Source: Candidatus Cloacimonadales bacterium | GTDB lineage: Bacteria; Cloacimonadota; Cloacimonadia; Cloacimonadales; JAIOQZ01 | Reading direction: 5' to 3' | NCBI GenBank assembly: GCA_963665815.1 | Contig: OY762463.1 | Coordinates: 608,001-672,000, forward strand | DNA length: 64,000 bases | In this document: positions 40,705 to 51,487 of the stretch, piece by piece | Layout: each line of letters begins with the position of its first letter | Numbering within the stretch: the first letter of the stretch is position 1 | Position numbers and translations under genes: made by a program | The notes under the pieces: generated by a model | Database searches by the model: none | What the model saw: only the letters and a program-made list of their open reading frames with translations | What the model was told of the DNA's origin: nothing

Positions 40705-42894
40705 TTATTTGATTAAGATCATTTTGTTAACTTTAACATCTCCCCCATATTCAAGCATTGTGAAATATACACCGGATCCAACAGATAAACCTTCTGAATC
40801 TCGCCCTTTCCAGACTATACTATTATCTCCTTTTTCACAGAAACAATCTATAAGTACTGCAACCTTCTGTCCTTTAATATTATATACAGATAACTTCACT
40901 TGCTGTCTCTCAGGTAAATTAAAACTTATAGTTGTTTCGGGATTAAATGGGTTTGGGTAGTTTATCAGACTTACTCCAGTATATGAAGATGCACTGCTAT
41001 GATCAATGTCTGTATTATTTCTACCATATATCCTGAAATCATCGATTGATACATCTCCAAATCCAATTCCTGCACATTCAAAGGCAAATTCAACATTACT
41101 GGACGTTAAAGCTGTAATATCTGCCGTCTGCTTTGTCCAGCAGAACATTCCCGTCTCATCAGTACTTACCCAGAGAGTTATCCAGTTCTGAGTCCCGACA
41201 AATCTTGCTTTTAATCTCAGCGAAGGACTCTGCGGATACTGGTGTGCATATGCAGTATAAAATTCTACATTCAATTCATCCATATAAGGAATTTGAATTT
41301 GAGGTGAGATTATTTCAGTACTCTGATTCTGAAAATCAGCATGTACTGTCGGACTAAATACATTCATTTCATCAATTACACTGAAATCCTGTAGACTGTT
41401 TGAGTCATTTTCCCACAGATTGTTTTGGCAAATCCAGCCATTCAAACCATTATCGAAATTTTCATTGTATATCAAACTATCTTTACTCACAATTACATTA
41501 ACACTCTTGTAGTTGCATATACTGTCATTGTTTGTGACAGCAACCGTAATGGTATGAAATCCGTTTCCCATTGTTAGAGTATTATATGTAAAATTTATAG
41601 GTGTAGACCCTGTATACCATTGCTCTCCATCTATATAGTAGCATATCTCTGAAACTGATTGAGCGTCTTCCAAATTTGCAGCAACCAAAATACATTCATT
41701 ATCTCCATAGACTGATGAAGGTATCGGAGATGTTATAGAGAAATCAGCATAGTTTGAGCTGTCTTTATTTATATCCAGAACTACAGAAGAGAAAATATTC
41801 AGACCGGAAGGCATTCCCGAAAGCGGGAAACTATACCAACCATCAGCCATTCCACCCCAGCCAAAGTTAAAGTGAAACTCCTCATTAGTATTGTAGCCAT
41901 CAACAATAATCTGATGTCCTCCCCCTGATGCTATCAATGCACACATTTGAGCAGGCATTCCAAGTTTCATGTTTTGTTTCATTCTCTCGGAAAGATCAAT
42001 ATCTGAATCAAGCAGAGTTACTGCATCGGTAAATCCAAATCTTTTGTATCCGTTTTCAATCTGCGGAGTAAAGTATGTTCCTGATCCACTCACGGTATAT
42101 GCTTGTTGCTTAGCAGATACACCACAGGCGAATATCAGTGCAGCCTTCAAGGTATCATTAAGAGCAATATTATTGTCATAGCAGTTCTGAATTTGCCCGA
42201 TGTATGAATTAATATCGGAAAAACTGAGAAAATCCCAGGCAACATAATCAACACCAATTGAATAATTATAAGGTGTAATGTAACTATCACTCTGGGAGAA
42301 CGTAGTATTGTTAGTCTGTTTGTGATAATCAACTATCATACCCATAGCAACTGAGGGACAACCTGCCAATGATTTTGATGACTGATCTGTTGGATCATTT
42401 GGACAGAACATGTTATAAGGTGCATACTGCTCCCAGCTGGTTTCAATCCAACCCCCGGAAACTGTTGTTCCGTCAGGTGGCCAATATTCCACTGGACGAT
42501 CAATGGTTTGTCCTGAAAGCAATAAATCCCATTCGAGTATGTTATCTGCGTCGGAATAGCTAATACTGTTAAGTAACATCAATTTACTGATAAATTTACT
42601 GAAAGTGTGAGAATACTTCTCACATATTTCCAGGTTTGAACTGAACGAATATCCCAGAACTGGAACATCTTCCCTGCTATCTGACATTAGAATGAATCCT
42701 GTTGGTTCTAATTTTACTACGTTAGTTTTCATTTTGCCCTTAATTTGAAGATGTTTCACTGATTTGATTGAAAAATCACGATTGTGTTCTCTCAGAAATG
42801 AACTTGCAGCTCTTTCGATTTCGTTGGTAGTCAAAGCGAAAGAATAGGTTAAAATTAAATAGAAAACAACTGTCAATATACAAGCCTTCTTCAT
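40705..42894 (-). CDS. C10 (streptopain-like) cysteine peptidase with Ig/MAM-like domains and T9SS-type CTD
   Basis: Spi-like propeptide, 'WEQYAPYN..CP', 'AGCPSVAMG' (Cys), 'GHQIIVDGY...HFNFGWGG..DGWY'; YPNPFNPETT CTD. Confidence 0.9.
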   Translation of the reverse strand: MKKACILTVVFYLILTYSFALTTNEIERAASSFLREHNRDFSIKSVKHLQIKGKMKTNVVKLEPTGFILMSDSREDVPVLGYSFSSNLEICEKYSHTFSKFISKLMLLNSISYSDADNILEWDLLLSGQTIDRPVEYWPPDGTTVSGGWIETSWEQYAPYNMFCPNDPTDQSSKSLAGCPSVAMGMIVDYHKQTNNTTFSQSDSYITPYNYSIGVDYVAWDFLSFSDINSYIGQIQNCYDNNIALNDTLKAALIFACGVSAKQQAYTVSGSGTYFTPQIENGYKRFGFTDAVTLLDSDIDLSERMKQNMKLGMPAQMCALIASGGGHQIIVDGYNTNEEFHFNFGWGGMADGWYSFPLSGMPSGLNIFSSVVLDINKDSSNYADFSITSPIPSSVYGDNECILVAANLEDAQSVSEICYYIDGEQWYTGSTPINFTYNTLTMGNGFHTITVAVTNNDSICNYKSVNVIVSKDSLIYNENFDNGLNGWICQNNLWENDSNSLQDFSVIDEMNVFSPTVHADFQNQSTEIISPQIQIPYMDELNVEFYTAYAHQYPQSPSLRLKARFVGTQNWITLWVSTDETGMFCWTKQTADITALTSSNVEFAFECAGIGFGDVSIDDFRIYGRNNTDIDHSSASSYTGVSLINYPNPFNPETTISFNLPERQQVKLSVYNIKGQKVAVLIDCFCEKGDNSIVWKGRDSEGLSVGSGVYFTMLEYGGDVKVNKMILIK

Positions 42895-42904
42895 TTTTCC
42901 TCCT

Positions 42905-43516
42905 TTATCTGAATGCTTTTAACAGCATTTCGAATAGCGCATTAAATTTGTCCTCTCTTTCAGATGGGTGTTCAGAGATTAGAATAGCGTTCTTCATTAT
43001 TGACTGAATTGTTGACATGTAAAACTGACAACATAGCTCTACGTCCAAATCTTTGGTAAAACTTCCGTCATTCATTCCAATCTGAAATATATCTGATAAG
43101 CGTTTAAGAAAAAGCTTTTTCTGATCAAAATACTCTTCAAGAGTTTCTTTGCTGATGTTATGTCTATTATCTTCAATTATATGAAAGTAATCATCTAAAG
43201 TAAAAAAACCGAAGTTTTTGTTATATGTCCTGAAGCGTTCAATTCCGTATACTCTGAATTTCTCTATACCTGTTTCTTTTTCAGAGATCAGTTTATCATA
43301 ACGTTTTTGATTCATTTTAACCATTACGAGATAAGCATGCAAAAACAAATCCGGTTTGCTTGAGAAGTAGTTGTAAACAGTTCTTTTTGTGAATTCTGCC
43401 TTTTCAGCAATCTCATCAAGTGAAACATGATCATATCCCTTTTTCATGAAAAGTCTATACGCAACAGAAATTATCTCTTTTTTCTTTCTGTACTTATCTC
43501 TTTCCTTTCTATTCAT
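42905..43516 (-). CDS. TetR/AcrR family transcriptional regulator
   Basis: HTH 'GYDHVSLDEIAEKAEFTKRTVYNYFSSK'. Confidence 0.93.
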   Translation of the reverse strand: MNRKERDKYRKKKEIISVAYRLFMKKGYDHVSLDEIAEKAEFTKRTVYNYFSSKPDLFLHAYLVMVKMNQKRYDKLISEKETGIEKFRVYGIERFRTYNKNFGFFTLDDYFHIIEDNRHNISKETLEEYFDQKKLFLKRLSDIFQIGMNDGSFTKDLDVELCCQFYMSTIQSIMKNAILISEHPSEREDKFNALFEMLLKAFR

Positions 43517-43525
43517 TATGACTCC

Positions 43526-43550
43526 TTTAGTATACTGTGAGTATACTAAA
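43526..43550. promoter_or_regulatory. Perfect palindrome, candidate TetR operator
   Basis: TTTAGTATACT-GTG-AGTATACTAAA, 10 bp upstream of the tetR start codon. Confidence 0.7.
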
Positions 43551-43756
43551 TATCCCCTCTGTGTTTTCAGTCAAGATTTTTTTGATTGACTTTATATTTC
43601 AAATCTTGAAATTTTTGATAGTTGAGTATTCATGAAAGTATTCCTAATTGCAGATGATCTAACAGGAGAAAAGCAGGAGGAGATAATGAGTAGTAAGAAA
43701 AAATTCAAGACAAGAAAAGTCTTTATTAATGTTGGACTAAAACTAGAAGCTGTATT

Positions 43757-44305
43757 TTGACTTTACCAAGAGAAACAAGAATAATTTTTATACTGTTATT
43801 GCTGACATCCTCATTGGCATATGGTGAATCAGCTTTATACTATAACCCCCTTTCTCAAATTTTCTCAGGTAAGGATAATATATCTATTGAGAATCAAGTT
43901 TCAGAGAAAGTTACCATTTCATTCTCATACAGCGAGACACAGACAAAAGTTCCAAAAATTGATAACACTGAAACACACTCAGTAGAACAAAGTATCAGTG
44001 TTTCTGGATACAGAAAGAAAGCTTTTGAAGGAGGTTATCTCGGGTATTCAATCAATTTTGTCACATCTGATATTCTTGGGGAAAATAATGCAGTTTATGA
44101 TGTATCATCTTTAGGAATGTCCATAGATGGAGGTTATATACTAAGACTAAGAAGTATTTGTATAACGCCTATCTGTAAAGTAAATTATGACTTGACTGAT
44201 AATCTTTGGGGGAACAAATACCGAGAAAGATGGGGTGATGGTGAAAAAGTGGATATTGTCGATTTTTACATTCAGCTTGGATTGAAACTTGGTTACAGAT
44301 TTTGA
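43757..44305 (+). CDS. Small outer-membrane beta-barrel protein (DUF3575-like)
   Basis: Signal peptide; amphipathic strands; C-terminal 'LGLKLGYRF' beta-signal. Confidence 0.7.
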   Translation: MTLPRETRIIFILLLLTSSLAYGESALYYNPLSQIFSGKDNISIENQVSEKVTISFSYSETQTKVPKIDNTETHSVEQSISVSGYRKKAFEGGYLGYSINFVTSDILGENNAVYDVSSLGMSIDGGYILRLRSICITPICKVNYDLTDNLWGNKYRERWGDGEKVDIVDFYIQLGLKLGYRF

Positions 44306-44454
44306 TTATTACTTATATATATACATTTAGTTCAAATCATTATTGACAGCATTTATTATGTTAATATGTATTTGACAAAGAAAATTTTAATTGATTTGAA
44401 ATTATTTTTGTGCTGCAAGCGTTTTTTGATTAATATTTGTATAAAGGAGAAGCT

Positions 44455-45171
44455 ATGATACCAAAGGATTTGATTGATAAAGAAATTAGTCTGTTAGACA
44501 AATGGGAAGAAAAAGCAAAGTCTGTTTCCTTATATAGTGGAATAGGATCAATAGTTACCATTTTGTTTTTAATTGGATACCTGTTTATTTTTTCAAATTC
44601 CAGTATGGATATTTATACCAGATTCTTCATTCTCTTATTGGGAATCAATGCTTTATCTATTACTCTGAGCCCATTTTTGAAGACAAGAAGATTGGTAAAA
44701 ATGTATAACTTCTATAAAGAACAGCTTGTAAAACTTGCAGATGATAGTTCAGATAATTCAGAGGCTATTGCCAGAATCAACTATATCTGTAAGCATAAAT
44801 TCATCAAGAAAGATCAGATCCACGATGCAATAATCCATAAGATCAACAGCTTTGAACTGAAGTCCAAGAAAAGCATATACAAGATAGTTCTCCACACTGC
44901 TTATATTTTCATTGTTGTTATGACATCAATTCAGTACATTGCTGGAGAGCAGGACTTCAAAATTCTTTCAATGGTTTTCCCGATAGCACTTGTAATGTTT
45001 TCTATACATTCAATAATCAACTACTATCAGCAGAAGAATAACTTTTCTCGTTTGACAAAGCAATGGAAACATCATCTTGAAAAAATACAGGAAAAAGCGT
45101 ATAATGCAGAATTAGTCGAAATCCTGAATGATACGCTTTGCAATCCAGAAAAAATTGTTGTGATTGAATAG
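44455..45171 (+). CDS. Hypothetical membrane protein (two 2-TM halves)
   Basis: AAGGAG RBS before ATG 44455; two TM hairpins each followed by a helical segment. Confidence 0.65.
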   Translation: MIPKDLIDKEISLLDKWEEKAKSVSLYSGIGSIVTILFLIGYLFIFSNSSMDIYTRFFILLLGINALSITLSPFLKTRRLVKMYNFYKEQLVKLADDSSDNSEAIARINYICKHKFIKKDQIHDAIIHKINSFELKSKKSIYKIVLHTAYIFIVVMTSIQYIAGEQDFKILSMVFPIALVMFSIHSIINYYQQKNNFSRLTKQWKHHLEKIQEKAYNAELVEILNDTLCNPEKIVVIE

Positions 45172-45173
45172 AC

Positions 45174-46169
45174 CTATTCAAATATGGGAAGACTGCAGCT
45201 TGAACCCAATCCGGCAGTACAACCATAGCAATGGTTTGCCAGGTTGATCCTCCTCTCCGAAAGTTCATCATAGTCAAAATCCCGGATATGACTTACTGCG
45301 TTACTACTTAAACCCAGGATATGATTGAAATCACAGTCATAAATATTACCATCCCTGTCTATTGTAATCTGATTACGGCATGCCAAAGTATTGACTGTTT
45401 CAGAATTAAAATTATTGTAAAGCTTTTCAAGATAGCTTTCAACAGAATTAGTTTTATGTAGAACAAACAAGAATCTATTAATCGGCATATTATTCATACA
45501 ATACAGATTCGTGAATTTTATATCATGATCTCTTTTTAATACTGCCCTGTAAGCACTCTCAATAACACAATGAGAATCAGGAATATCTGTTCCCTGGGGA
45601 TTATATATAAAATGCAGGGGTAGAAAATCTCCATATCCAAGACTATTAAGTTTTTTTATCACAGAGACAGATTTTGCAAAAACTCCGTCTCCTCTCTGAG
45701 AATCTGTCTTGCATGGATAATAAAAGGGCAGGGAAGCCATAATCTCTACATTATGCTTAGATAGAAACTCAGGAAGATGAGAATATTTTTCTTCTGCCAT
45801 TATTGTCAGATTGGTTCTAACAACAACAGTTTTGTACATTTCTGTAACAGTCTTCACGATGTACTCAAAATCCGGATGCATTTCAGGAGCACCACCTGTC
45901 AAATCTACAGTTTCGATATCTCCATGATTTTGAATAATTTCGAGACACCTATCAATTACTTCACGAGACATTTCCTCACTCTGATCCGGTCCGGAATTTG
46001 TATGGCAATGCTCGCATGTTTGATTACACTTGAGTGTCAAGCTCAGCTGAAGAGTATTTATCGAAAAAGGAGTAATATCACTATATCCGATTTTTTCATT
46101 CAATCTTGAATGGATATTGTGTTTGAAATTCTCAAGAAGTTTCAGTTGCTTTAGTTTATCAGTATGCAT
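45174..46169 (-). CDS. arsS: Radical SAM protein, ArsS/DUF3641 family
   Basis: CxxxCxxC 'CNQTCEHC', 'DLTGGAPEM', 'VRTNLT', 'YDCDFN', C-terminal 'HCYGCTAG.GSSC'. Confidence 0.8.
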   Translation of the reverse strand: MHTDKLKQLKLLENFKHNIHSRLNEKIGYSDITPFSINTLQLSLTLKCNQTCEHCHTNSGPDQSEEMSREVIDRCLEIIQNHGDIETVDLTGGAPEMHPDFEYIVKTVTEMYKTVVVRTNLTIMAEEKYSHLPEFLSKHNVEIMASLPFYYPCKTDSQRGDGVFAKSVSVIKKLNSLGYGDFLPLHFIYNPQGTDIPDSHCVIESAYRAVLKRDHDIKFTNLYCMNNMPINRFLFVLHKTNSVESYLEKLYNNFNSETVNTLACRNQITIDRDGNIYDCDFNHILGLSSNAVSHIRDFDYDELSERRINLANHCYGCTAGLGSSCSLPIFE

Positions 46170-46190
46170 CTAAGATATCCTGTACAAGTC

Positions 46191-47081
46191 CTATTTACTA
46201 TTCTTTCTTAAATAGCTTTTAATTTTAAAATTTTTCTTCTCAAGAGTTTTTATGATTCCATTATCTCCAATGTAATGAGCAGCTCCTACAACAACAAAAT
46301 GTACTCCACCTTCATTAGTCATTTTTACAATTTTATCAGCCATTTCAACATTTCTTTTATCTAAAAGAACTTTATATAACTCTGAGTAAGCTTTGTTATT
46401 TCTTTCTTTGAGAAGTTCATTTTCAAGTTCTGTCATATCACCGTTTTTCCATGAATCAGCAATCTTTTTCAGTTGATCTCCAATATTTTCTCCCGGTTCT
46501 GCAACTTCCTTCAGAAATGATAATTGAAGATCCAGGCTAAGATTATCAAAAATCTGAAGCTGATAAATAAAAGATTCCAATTCACTGACTTTTTTCTTTT
46601 TTTCTCTTGCCTCAGCAATGAAATATGCATCAATACCATGTTCCGGAGATAATCCTGCATTAAGGTATTCTACATTTGATAACTGTATTGCAGCAGCCCA
46701 GGGTTTAAAGTTTACGAGCTTTTGAACAATAAAAGGGTTAAACTTATCTTTCAGCTTCTTCCATGTATCGGATGGTACAATATTATCAAGAGTTTTACCA
46801 TTTTTCAAAAGCATCATTTTTGTCATTGTTGACTGCATTTTGGCTGCAGAACTCGGATCCGCCTCTACATAAAGAGTCGAACTCTCATCAAATGCCTCTG
46901 TAATATATTTCGGTAATGGGTAGAAAGATTCATCAGCTACATGAATTGACCCCAGCATGTATATCGTTGTGTTATCTGTCTTCAGCTCCCAGAATGGAGC
47001 ATACTTTACATCTTCAGCGAATAATCCAGATGCAATTGCCAGAATTATTATTATAATCAAACTAATATTTCTTTTTTTCAT
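46191..47081 (-). CDS. TraB/GumN family protein
   Basis: 'YMLGSIH', 'G.D.YF...A', 'LE', 'RN..M', 'VVGAAH'. Confidence 0.9.
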   Translation of the reverse strand: MKKRNISLIIIIILAIASGLFAEDVKYAPFWELKTDNTTIYMLGSIHVADESFYPLPKYITEAFDESSTLYVEADPSSAAKMQSTMTKMMLLKNGKTLDNIVPSDTWKKLKDKFNPFIVQKLVNFKPWAAAIQLSNVEYLNAGLSPEHGIDAYFIAEAREKKKKVSELESFIYQLQIFDNLSLDLQLSFLKEVAEPGENIGDQLKKIADSWKNGDMTELENELLKERNNKAYSELYKVLLDKRNVEMADKIVKMTNEGGVHFVVVGAAHYIGDNGIIKTLEKKNFKIKSYLRKNSK

Positions 47082-47089
47082 TTTTACCT

Positions 47090-47296
47090 CTATTTTAGAA
47101 AATACTTAATAATTTTATCAATATATGAAGAGAGCAGTATATACACAAATAACGCTCCCAGAATAACACTTGACCAAGCGTTAGAAGTTAATGGACATCC
47201 CCCACTCCTGCATCCAACAAATTTATAATAAAGATAGCCTGCTCCGGCTCCCAGCAAAAGAAGCAGAACATGCATAGCAATCTTAAACACTAACAT
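47090..47296 (-). CDS. Small membrane protein (DUF6132-like)
   Basis: 'GYLYYKFVGC.SG.CPLTS' motif between two TM helices. Confidence 0.75.
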   Translation of the reverse strand: MLVFKIAMHVLLLLLGAGAGYLYYKFVGCRSGGCPLTSNAWSSVILGALFVYILLSSYIDKIIKYFLK

Positions 47297-47297
47297 T

Positions 47298-48239
47298 CTA
47301 TCTTGTATCCTTTTTCAAAATAATATACATAAAAAACGGAGTTCCTATGAATGCTGTTACAATTCCAACCGGAACAGGCACAACAGATATATGTAATGCA
47401 AAAAAGTCACATATTGTCAATAGAAAAGCTCCTGCAATTCCTGACCATAATATTGAAAACCTCTGATTAACACCAAACAGCATTCTTACAATATGCGGTA
47501 CAATCAGTCCGGCAAATCCAATAATTCCTGTATATGAGACAATAAATCCGGTGAGAAGTGAGCATATTATAAACATCTCTATCCTGAACTTCTTGATTGA
47601 GATACCAAGATTTTCAGCTATAAGATCTCCACATGCAAGTATATGAATCTTTCTGGCAATTATATTCAGATATAACATCAGAACTACTGCGATTGCAGAA
47701 AATATCAAGAAGTAATTCCATTCTCTGTCAGTAAAAATATGTCCAAGATTACCAAGTAAAACCTGTAGAATATTCCCGGCATCATCCTGATGTAAGTACA
47801 TAATCAAAGAGATACATGCAGAGAAAAACATACTGATGATTATCCCCGACAGAATCAGCTTTGTCTGATTGAAAAAGCCTTGAAAATTAGCAAGAGTCCA
47901 GACAGCCAGCATGCTGATCAAAGCTCCTGCGAACCCCAGAACAGGCATTAGAATAAACATGTTCATTACAGCTGCAAGAGTACTGCCCAGAGCAGCTCCT
48001 GATGAAACACCCAGAATATAAGGATCAGCAATCGGATTATTAAGCATAAGCTGAAATACGTAGCCTACTGTAGAAAGTATTGCTCCTGCCATAATTGTCA
48101 GTACAAGACGCGGAAGCCTTATTCTGGTGATAATGTTCTCACTACCTGCATCAAATGTCAGGTAAATCCAGATCACAGACGCAAATGCAATAAGCATAAA
48201 AATCAGATACAAACCTTTTCTATTTCGTATCAATCTCAT
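47298..48239 (-). CDS. FecCD/BtuC-family ABC permease
   Basis: 'IRLPR', 'NPIADPYILGVSSGAALG', 'GIIGFAGLIVPH', 'VPVGIVTAFIGTPFF'. Confidence 0.92.
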   Translation of the reverse strand: MRLIRNRKGLYLIFMLIAFASVIWIYLTFDAGSENIITRIRLPRLVLTIMAGAILSTVGYVFQLMLNNPIADPYILGVSSGAALGSTLAAVMNMFILMPVLGFAGALISMLAVWTLANFQGFFNQTKLILSGIIISMFFSACISLIMYLHQDDAGNILQVLLGNLGHIFTDREWNYFLIFSAIAVVLMLYLNIIARKIHILACGDLIAENLGISIKKFRIEMFIICSLLTGFIVSYTGIIGFAGLIVPHIVRMLFGVNQRFSILWSGIAGAFLLTICDFFALHISVVPVPVGIVTAFIGTPFFMYIILKKDTR

Positions 48240-49101
48240 ATTCTCCAAATATTTCTTCCATTTTCCTGACACCTTCGACAATTCTCGGACCTGCTCTCAA
48301 TATAAGATCAGGGTCAATATCTTCAACAGTGTAGACCTTTCTGCTTCTGATAGCCGATATATCCTGCCATCCCTTTCTATTGAGAACAGTTTCTTTGTCT
48401 GTTTCATACGTCAATAAAATAATGTCAGGATTTGCCAGAATAACGTCCTCGGTGTTAATCATGGAGTAATCCCTTGGGAGTGTTTCAAAAATATTATCAC
48501 CACCTGCAGTAGTAATCAGTTCACCGAGAAAAGACTCATCAGATGCCGACATCACAGGATCACCATAAATCTCAATATAAACTCTGGGTTTAATCTCCAA
48601 ATTTCGTTGTTGAAGATTTGTTTTGATATAATCATTCAATGAATCTGCTTCTGTTCTTAGTCCCGTAAGTTCTCCGAGTTCAGTAACAACCGTATAGAGC
48701 CCTTCAACAGATTTCGGATAGAATGATCTTGTTTTAATTCCCAGCTTGTTAAAATCTGAATTTAACTTCTCCTGCTCAAGACCCGAAGTAAAGACATACT
48801 CTGGGTTTAACCTTATCACTGATTCGACATTTATTGTACTGAAAGAGCCAACAATCTCCGGCTTTTTCTGTAAATCAGGAAATGTACATTCTCTAGTTCT
48901 GCCTGAAATCATAGAAGATCCCCCAATAGCACATACTATTTCATATACTTCCGGACTTGTAATAACAAAATTTGCAGCAGATTTTTGCCTTTTATCGTTT
49001 GAAGTGCAGGCTGTAAGCACTACGATAACAGGTAAAAACCTGATAATAAAAGAAAAGGCGGATTTAACTCCGCCTGAATTATATTTATTGAGTCTACTCA
49101 T
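48220..49101 (-). CDS. BtuF-like helical-backbone substrate-binding lipoprotein
   Basis: Lipobox LTAC; 'NVESVIRLNPEYV', 'AGGDNIF', 'EDVILANPDII', 'RAGPR'; start set at the ATG overlapping the hppA stop. Confidence 0.85.
   Translation of the reverse strand: MSRLNKYNSGGVKSAFSFIIRFLPVIVVLTACTSNDKRQKSAANFVITSPEVYEIVCAIGGSSMISGRTRECTFPDLQKKPEIVGSFSTINVESVIRLNPEYVFTSGLEQEKLNSDFNKLGIKTRSFYPKSVEGLYTVVTELGELTGLRTEADSLNDYIKTNLQQRNLEIKPRVYIEIYGDPVMSASDESFLGELITTAGGDNIFETLPRDYSMINTEDVILANPDIILLTYETDKETVLNRKGWQDISAIRSRKVYTVEDIDPDLILRAGPRIVEGVRKMEEIFGEYEIDTK
49048..49075 (-). terminator. Intrinsic terminator-like hairpin after hppA, inside the BtuF-like ORF
   Basis: Minus strand AGGCGGA-GTTAAA-TCCGCCT followed by TTTCTTTT. 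Confidence 0.7.
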
Positions 49102-51487
49102 CTGTACCATTATCATTAAGAATTTCTTCGTTTTCTTTCTGAACAAGTGCAGCTTCTGTTTTCTCAATTTTAATTTCATCGTTAATTATCTTGTATTTTT
49201 CGTATTCACCTTCGATAGTGTATTTAGCTTTATACTCCTGAACAACATCTCTGCTATCACCGTAAATATTCGCAATCTTCGGAGCATAGGCAACAATAAG
49301 TCCCGCAAATACAATACTTACCATACTCATAAGCTTGATAAGAATATTGATTGATGGTCCGGCTGTATCTTTGAATGGATCACCAACAGTATCACCAACA
49401 ACACATGCTTTATGGCAATCTGAACCTTTACCACCCATGTGACCTGATTCAACATACTTCTTAGCATTGTCCCAGGCACCACCGGCGTTGTTCATCATAA
49501 TTGCAAGAACAAAACCTGTAGCAAGTCCACCGGCAAGAAGACCGAGAACACCTGCTATACCAAGAGTCAATCCGATTACAATTGGTGTAAAAAGACCAAG
49601 AAGTGCAGGTGCAACCATTTCTTTCTGAGCACCCATTGTTGAGATTTTCACACAACGAGCGTAATCAGGTGTTGCTTTTCCTTCCATGATACCTTTGATT
49701 TCTCTGAACTGTCTTCTTACTTCTGCAACCATGTCGCCTGCAGCTCTACCAACAGCTTTCATGGTCATCGCTGCAAAAACGAAAGAAACCATCGCACCGA
49801 TAAAGATACCGATGAGGAACTTAGGATTCATAAGGTGTACTTCATAGTAATTCATGAAGTCAGTAGCTGTGGCTGTTTTTGTTACAATCCATTTATTCGC
49901 AACTTCTACAAATATTCTATGTGTTTCAGGGTTAAGTCCGGCTTTTTCTACGAGGATAAGAATACCCGTTCTTACTTCTTCAAGATAAGCAGCGAGAAGA
50001 GCCATAGCTGTAAGAGCTGCTGAACCGATTGCAAAGCCCTTACCTGTAGCAGCAGTAGTGTTACCAACGGAGTCAAGAGCATCTGTTCTTTCTCTTACGC
50101 TTTTTGGAAGCTCGGACATTTCTGCATTACCACCTGCGTTATCTGCGATAGGACCAAAAGCATCCATAGCCAGAGTAACACCAAGTGTTGCCAGCATACC
50201 AACTGCACCAAAACCGATTCCGTAGAGTCCCATTTCAGGCATTGTAAATCCACCGCTCACACTGAATGCTGCGATGATACCAATACCGATAATGATAACA
50301 GGAGCGGCTGTAGAGTTCATACCAACTGCAAGACCGTCAATTATAACGGTTGCAGGACCGAACTCAGCCTGTTTAGCAATACCCTGTGTAGGTTTGTAAG
50401 CATCAGAAGTAGCTCTTTCTGTGAAGTATCCGATAAGTATTCCTGCAACAAGACCAATCACACTTGCCATAAATACGCCAAATGCATATTTCTCAGGAAG
50501 CATGTATTTTGTTACGAAGAATGCAACGATTGCGATAAGAACTGAACTTCCGTAAACACCTTTATTTAATGCGAACATTAAGTCTTTAGTTGTAGCATCT
50601 TCTTTTGTAGATGCCATATAGATTCCGATAATGGAAAGGAATGCTCCAACACCAGCCAGTACCATCGGTGCTGTGATAAACTTTATAGCCCAGTCATGGA
50701 AAGCCGGTCCAAGCTGAGTGACAGCAGCCATACCAAGCGCAGCAGTAGCCAGAATTGAACCTGCATAAGATTCATAAAGGTCTGCTCCCATACCGGCAAC
50801 GTCACCAACGTTATCACCAACATTATCTGCTATTGTAGCCGGATTACGCGGATCGTCTTCCGGGATACCAGCCTCAACCTTACCAACAAGGTCAGCACCA
50901 ACATCAGCAGCTTTTGTATAGATACCACCACCGAGACGTGCGAACAACGCCTGAGTAGATGCTCCCATACCGAAGCTGAGCATGATAACAGTTATTTTGT
51001 GTAAGTCCATACCGTAGAGTTTAAGGCCGTAGAACCATGCTGAAATATCAATCAAAGCCAGTCCTACAACAACAAGTCCCATTACTCCGCCTGCTCTGAA
51101 TGCAACTTTCAGTCCCTGATTAAGACTTTTTGAAGCTGCCTGAGCTGTTCTGTTGGAGGCGAGAGTAGCTGTATTCATTCCAATGAAGCCTGCCAGACCG
51201 GAAAAAAAACCACCGGAAAGGAATGCCCATGGAATAAGCGGGTGAAGAACCTTTAAGCCCCAAGCCATAATATTAAATACTATAATTGCACCTATAAAGA
51301 AGAAACCAACTCCCTTATACTGCTGTCTCAGATATGCAAAAGAACCGTCTCTGACATGCTTTGCAATTTCCTGCATTCTTGCATTGCCCGGATCCTGTTT
51401 TTTTACATTTCTGAAGAGAATATACGAAAAAATCAGTGCTACGACTGCTCCGGCAGGAGCTACGTACCATATTGCCGGTATATTCAT
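49094..51487 (-). CDS. hppA: Membrane-bound K+-dependent sodium-translocating pyrophosphatase
   Basis: '[11 protein letters not shown]', 'DNVGDNVGD', 'GNTTAA' (Ala = K+-dependent), '[10 protein letters not shown]'. Confidence 0.97.
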   Translation of the reverse strand: MNIPAIWYVAPAGAVVALIFSYILFRNVKKQDPGNARMQEIAKHVRDGSFAYLRQQYKGVGFFFIGAIIVFNIMAWGLKVLHPLIPWAFLSGGFFSGLAGFIGMNTATLASNRTAQAASKSLNQGLKVAFRAGGVMGLVVVGLALIDISAWFYGLKLYGMDLHKITVIMLSFGMGASTQALFARLGGGIYTKAADVGADLVGKVEAGIPEDDPRNPATIADNVGDNVGDVAGMGADLYESYAGSILATAALGMAAVTQLGPAFHDWAIKFITAPMVLAGVGAFLSIIGIYMASTKEDATTKDLMFALNKGVYGSSVLIAIVAFFVTKYMLPEKYAFGVFMASVIGLVAGILIGYFTERATSDAYKPTQGIAKQAEFGPATVIIDGLAVGMNSTAAPVIIIGIGIIAAFSVSGGFTMPEMGLYGIGFGAVGMLATLGVTLAMDAFGPIADNAGGNAEMSELPKSVRERTDALDSVGNTTAATGKGFAIGSAALTAMALLAAYLEEVRTGILILVEKAGLNPETHRIFVEVANKWIVTKTATATDFMNYYEVHLMNPKFLIGIFIGAMVSFVFAAMTMKAVGRAAGDMVAEVRRQFREIKGIMEGKATPDYARCVKISTMGAQKEMVAPALLGLFTPIVIGLTLGIAGVLGLLAGGLATGFVLAIMMNNAGGAWDNAKKYVESGHMGGKGSDCHKACVVGDTVGDPFKDTAGPSINILIKLMSMVSIVFAGLIVAYAPKIANIYGDSRDVVQEYKAKYTIEGEYEKYKIINDEIKIEKTEAALVQKENEEILNDNGTDE

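Noticed and set aside
45174-45240. Selenocysteine at the ArsS C-terminus
   Set aside because: The GSSC motif uses a normal Cys codon and the ORF ends in TAG
48746-49354. 202-aa plus-strand ORF and other short antisense ORFs in the track
   Set aside because: They lie antisense to, or out of frame within, well-supported genes and show no motifs
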